Part shown: in pieces, positions 46,524 to 47,610 of the stretch
Layout: the number at the start of each line of letters is the position of its first letter
Numbering within the stretch: position 1 is the stretch's first letter
Origin: Pseudoxanthomonas sp.
GTDB taxonomy: Bacteria > Pseudomonadota > Gammaproteobacteria > Xanthomonadales > Xanthomonadaceae
Reading direction: 5' to 3'
Assembly (NCBI GenBank): GCA_050737675.1
Contig: JBOHXX010000001.1
Location: 1 to 47,610 of the forward strand
DNA: 47,610 nucleotides
Made by a program: the position numbers and the translations under genes
Notes under the pieces: model-generated
What the model was told of the DNA's origin: nothing
Databases searched by the model: none
Seen by the model: only the letters and a program-made list of their open reading frames with translations

Positions 46524-47610
46524 TCACTCCACCGCGGCGACCGGCTTGACGTAGTTGCTGTCGGACTTGGTGTAGATGGTCAGGCCATCCAGGTCGCGCG
46601 TGGGCGCGGGGAACAACAGGCTGGCGAGGTAGCCGATCACGATGCACAGCATGATCGAGATGGCCAGGTAGAAATACGGATGCACCAGGTCCATCGACCA
46701 CGCCACCAGGGTCAATGCGATGCTCGAGGCTACGCCGATGGCCACGCCGGCGGAATTGGCCCGGCGGGTGAACATGCCCAGGGTGTAGGCACCGGCGAAG
46801 CCGCCGCCAAGCAGGCCGGCCAGCTCGATGGAAACATCGAACAGCGAATGGATGTCGTAACGCGACAGCAGCAAGGCCACGCCTATGCCCACCATGCCGA
46901 CCGCCACCGTCATCAGTTCGGCGAACAGCACGCTCTTCTTCGGTGTGGGGTTCTTCGCCAGTTTTTCGTAGAAATCCACCGACGCCAGCGTCGCCACGCT
47001 GTTGATGATGCTCGATAGCGTGGACATGGCGGCGGCGAAGATGCCCGCGATGATCAGGCCGGTGACGCCCATCGGCAGCTCGGCGGCGATGAACAACGGG
47101 AAGGTCGCGTCGATCGGCAGTAGCGGATTCATCCGCTCCGGGTTGTCCTTGTAATAGACGAACAGGGCCGTGCCGATGGTGTAGAACACGAAGCCGCCCG
47201 GGATCATGATCGCGGCGAACGCCCAGATCGAGCGGCCCGCTTCCTTGTCGGACTTGGTCGACAACGTGCGCTGCATCAGCACCTGGTCCTTGGGGAAGGT
47301 CAGCACCACGTCGAACAGCACCAGGAACAGGAAGCCCCATACCGTGGCCTTGGTCAGGTCGAAGCTGAAATCCAGCAGATGGGTCTTGTCCTCGGCCATG
47401 GCCGTGGCGACGAACTCGGGGAAGCCGCCGTTGAGGTGATGGATGATGAAGATGATGGCGAAAATCGCGCCACCCATCATCACGAAGACCTGCACGAAAT
47501 CAGTCCAGATCACCGCCTTCATCCCGCCCAGCGCGGTGTAGAGGATGGTGAAGCTACCCATGATCCAGATGCTCCAGACCACGTCGATCCCGGTGATCGT
47601 GGCGATGGCC
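46524..47610 (-). CDS. Sodium:solute symporter (SSS), 5' end outside the window
   Basis: YTALGGMKAVIWTDFVQ, DQVLMQR, GLIIAGIFAAAMSTLSS and LGMFTRRAN. Confidence 0.93.
   Translation of the reverse strand, partial: AIATITGIDVVWSIWIMGSFTILYTALGGMKAVIWTDFVQVFVMMGGAIFAIIFIIHHLNGGFPEFVATAMAEDKTHLLDFSFDLTKATVWGFLFLVLFDVVLTFPKDQVLMQRTLSTKSDKEAGRSIWAFAAIMIPGGFVFYTIGTALFVYYKDNPERMNPLLPIDATFPLFIAAELPMGVTGLIIAGIFAAAMSTLSSIINSVATLASVDFYEKLAKNPTPKKSVLFAELMTVAVGMVGIGVALLLSRYDIHSLFDVSIELAGLLGGGFAGAYTLGMFTRRANSAGVAIGVASSIALTLVAWSMDLVHPYFYLAISIMLCIVIGYLASLLFPAPTRDLDGLTIYTKSDSNYVKPVAAVE

Noticed and set aside
1..47610. CRISPR arrays, tRNA/rRNA, IS transposases, integrase
   Set aside because: None recognised; no regularly spaced repeats or transposase/integrase motifs in the window.

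Overview
This is a high-GC window, probably from a Xanthomonadaceae (Lysobacteraceae) chromosome, inferred from the copLAB-type cluster and a GTAG-family REP. It has two parts. (1) 1-~23180 is the right end of a genomic island inserted in dusA. The displaced dusA 5' end (MPDSHPATDSLRLSVAPMMDW) lies at 23180-23242 on the minus strand. The island carries a copper-resistance cluster (copL-copA-copB-cytochrome c/copM-NTF2-copG-MerR/CueR-P1B ATPase-EF-hand-DUF305), a FecIR-type sigma/anti-sigma/TonB-receptor/DUF4198 operon, and a hutC-hutU-hutH-hutG histidine-utilisation operon without hutI. Divergent from hutC is a second CopL-like (Cys-rich, C-terminal RPP) ORF followed by a paralogous TonB-dependent receptor, and two HutC-type operators lie in that divergent promoter. 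This suggests an unusual histidine/metal-coupled uptake module, which is the top candidate novel system here. (2) 23243-47610 is host backbone: a DUF11 secreted protein, a VOC protein, kdpFABCDE, DUF1801, and an uncharacterised catabolic locus. That locus comprises a TBDR, serine hydrolase, ribokinase, an FGE-like fusion protein, GH127, a CoA-transferase III, LysR, a PhyH dioxygenase and a Na+/solute symporter. All calls come from motif recognition by eye; no database searches were run.
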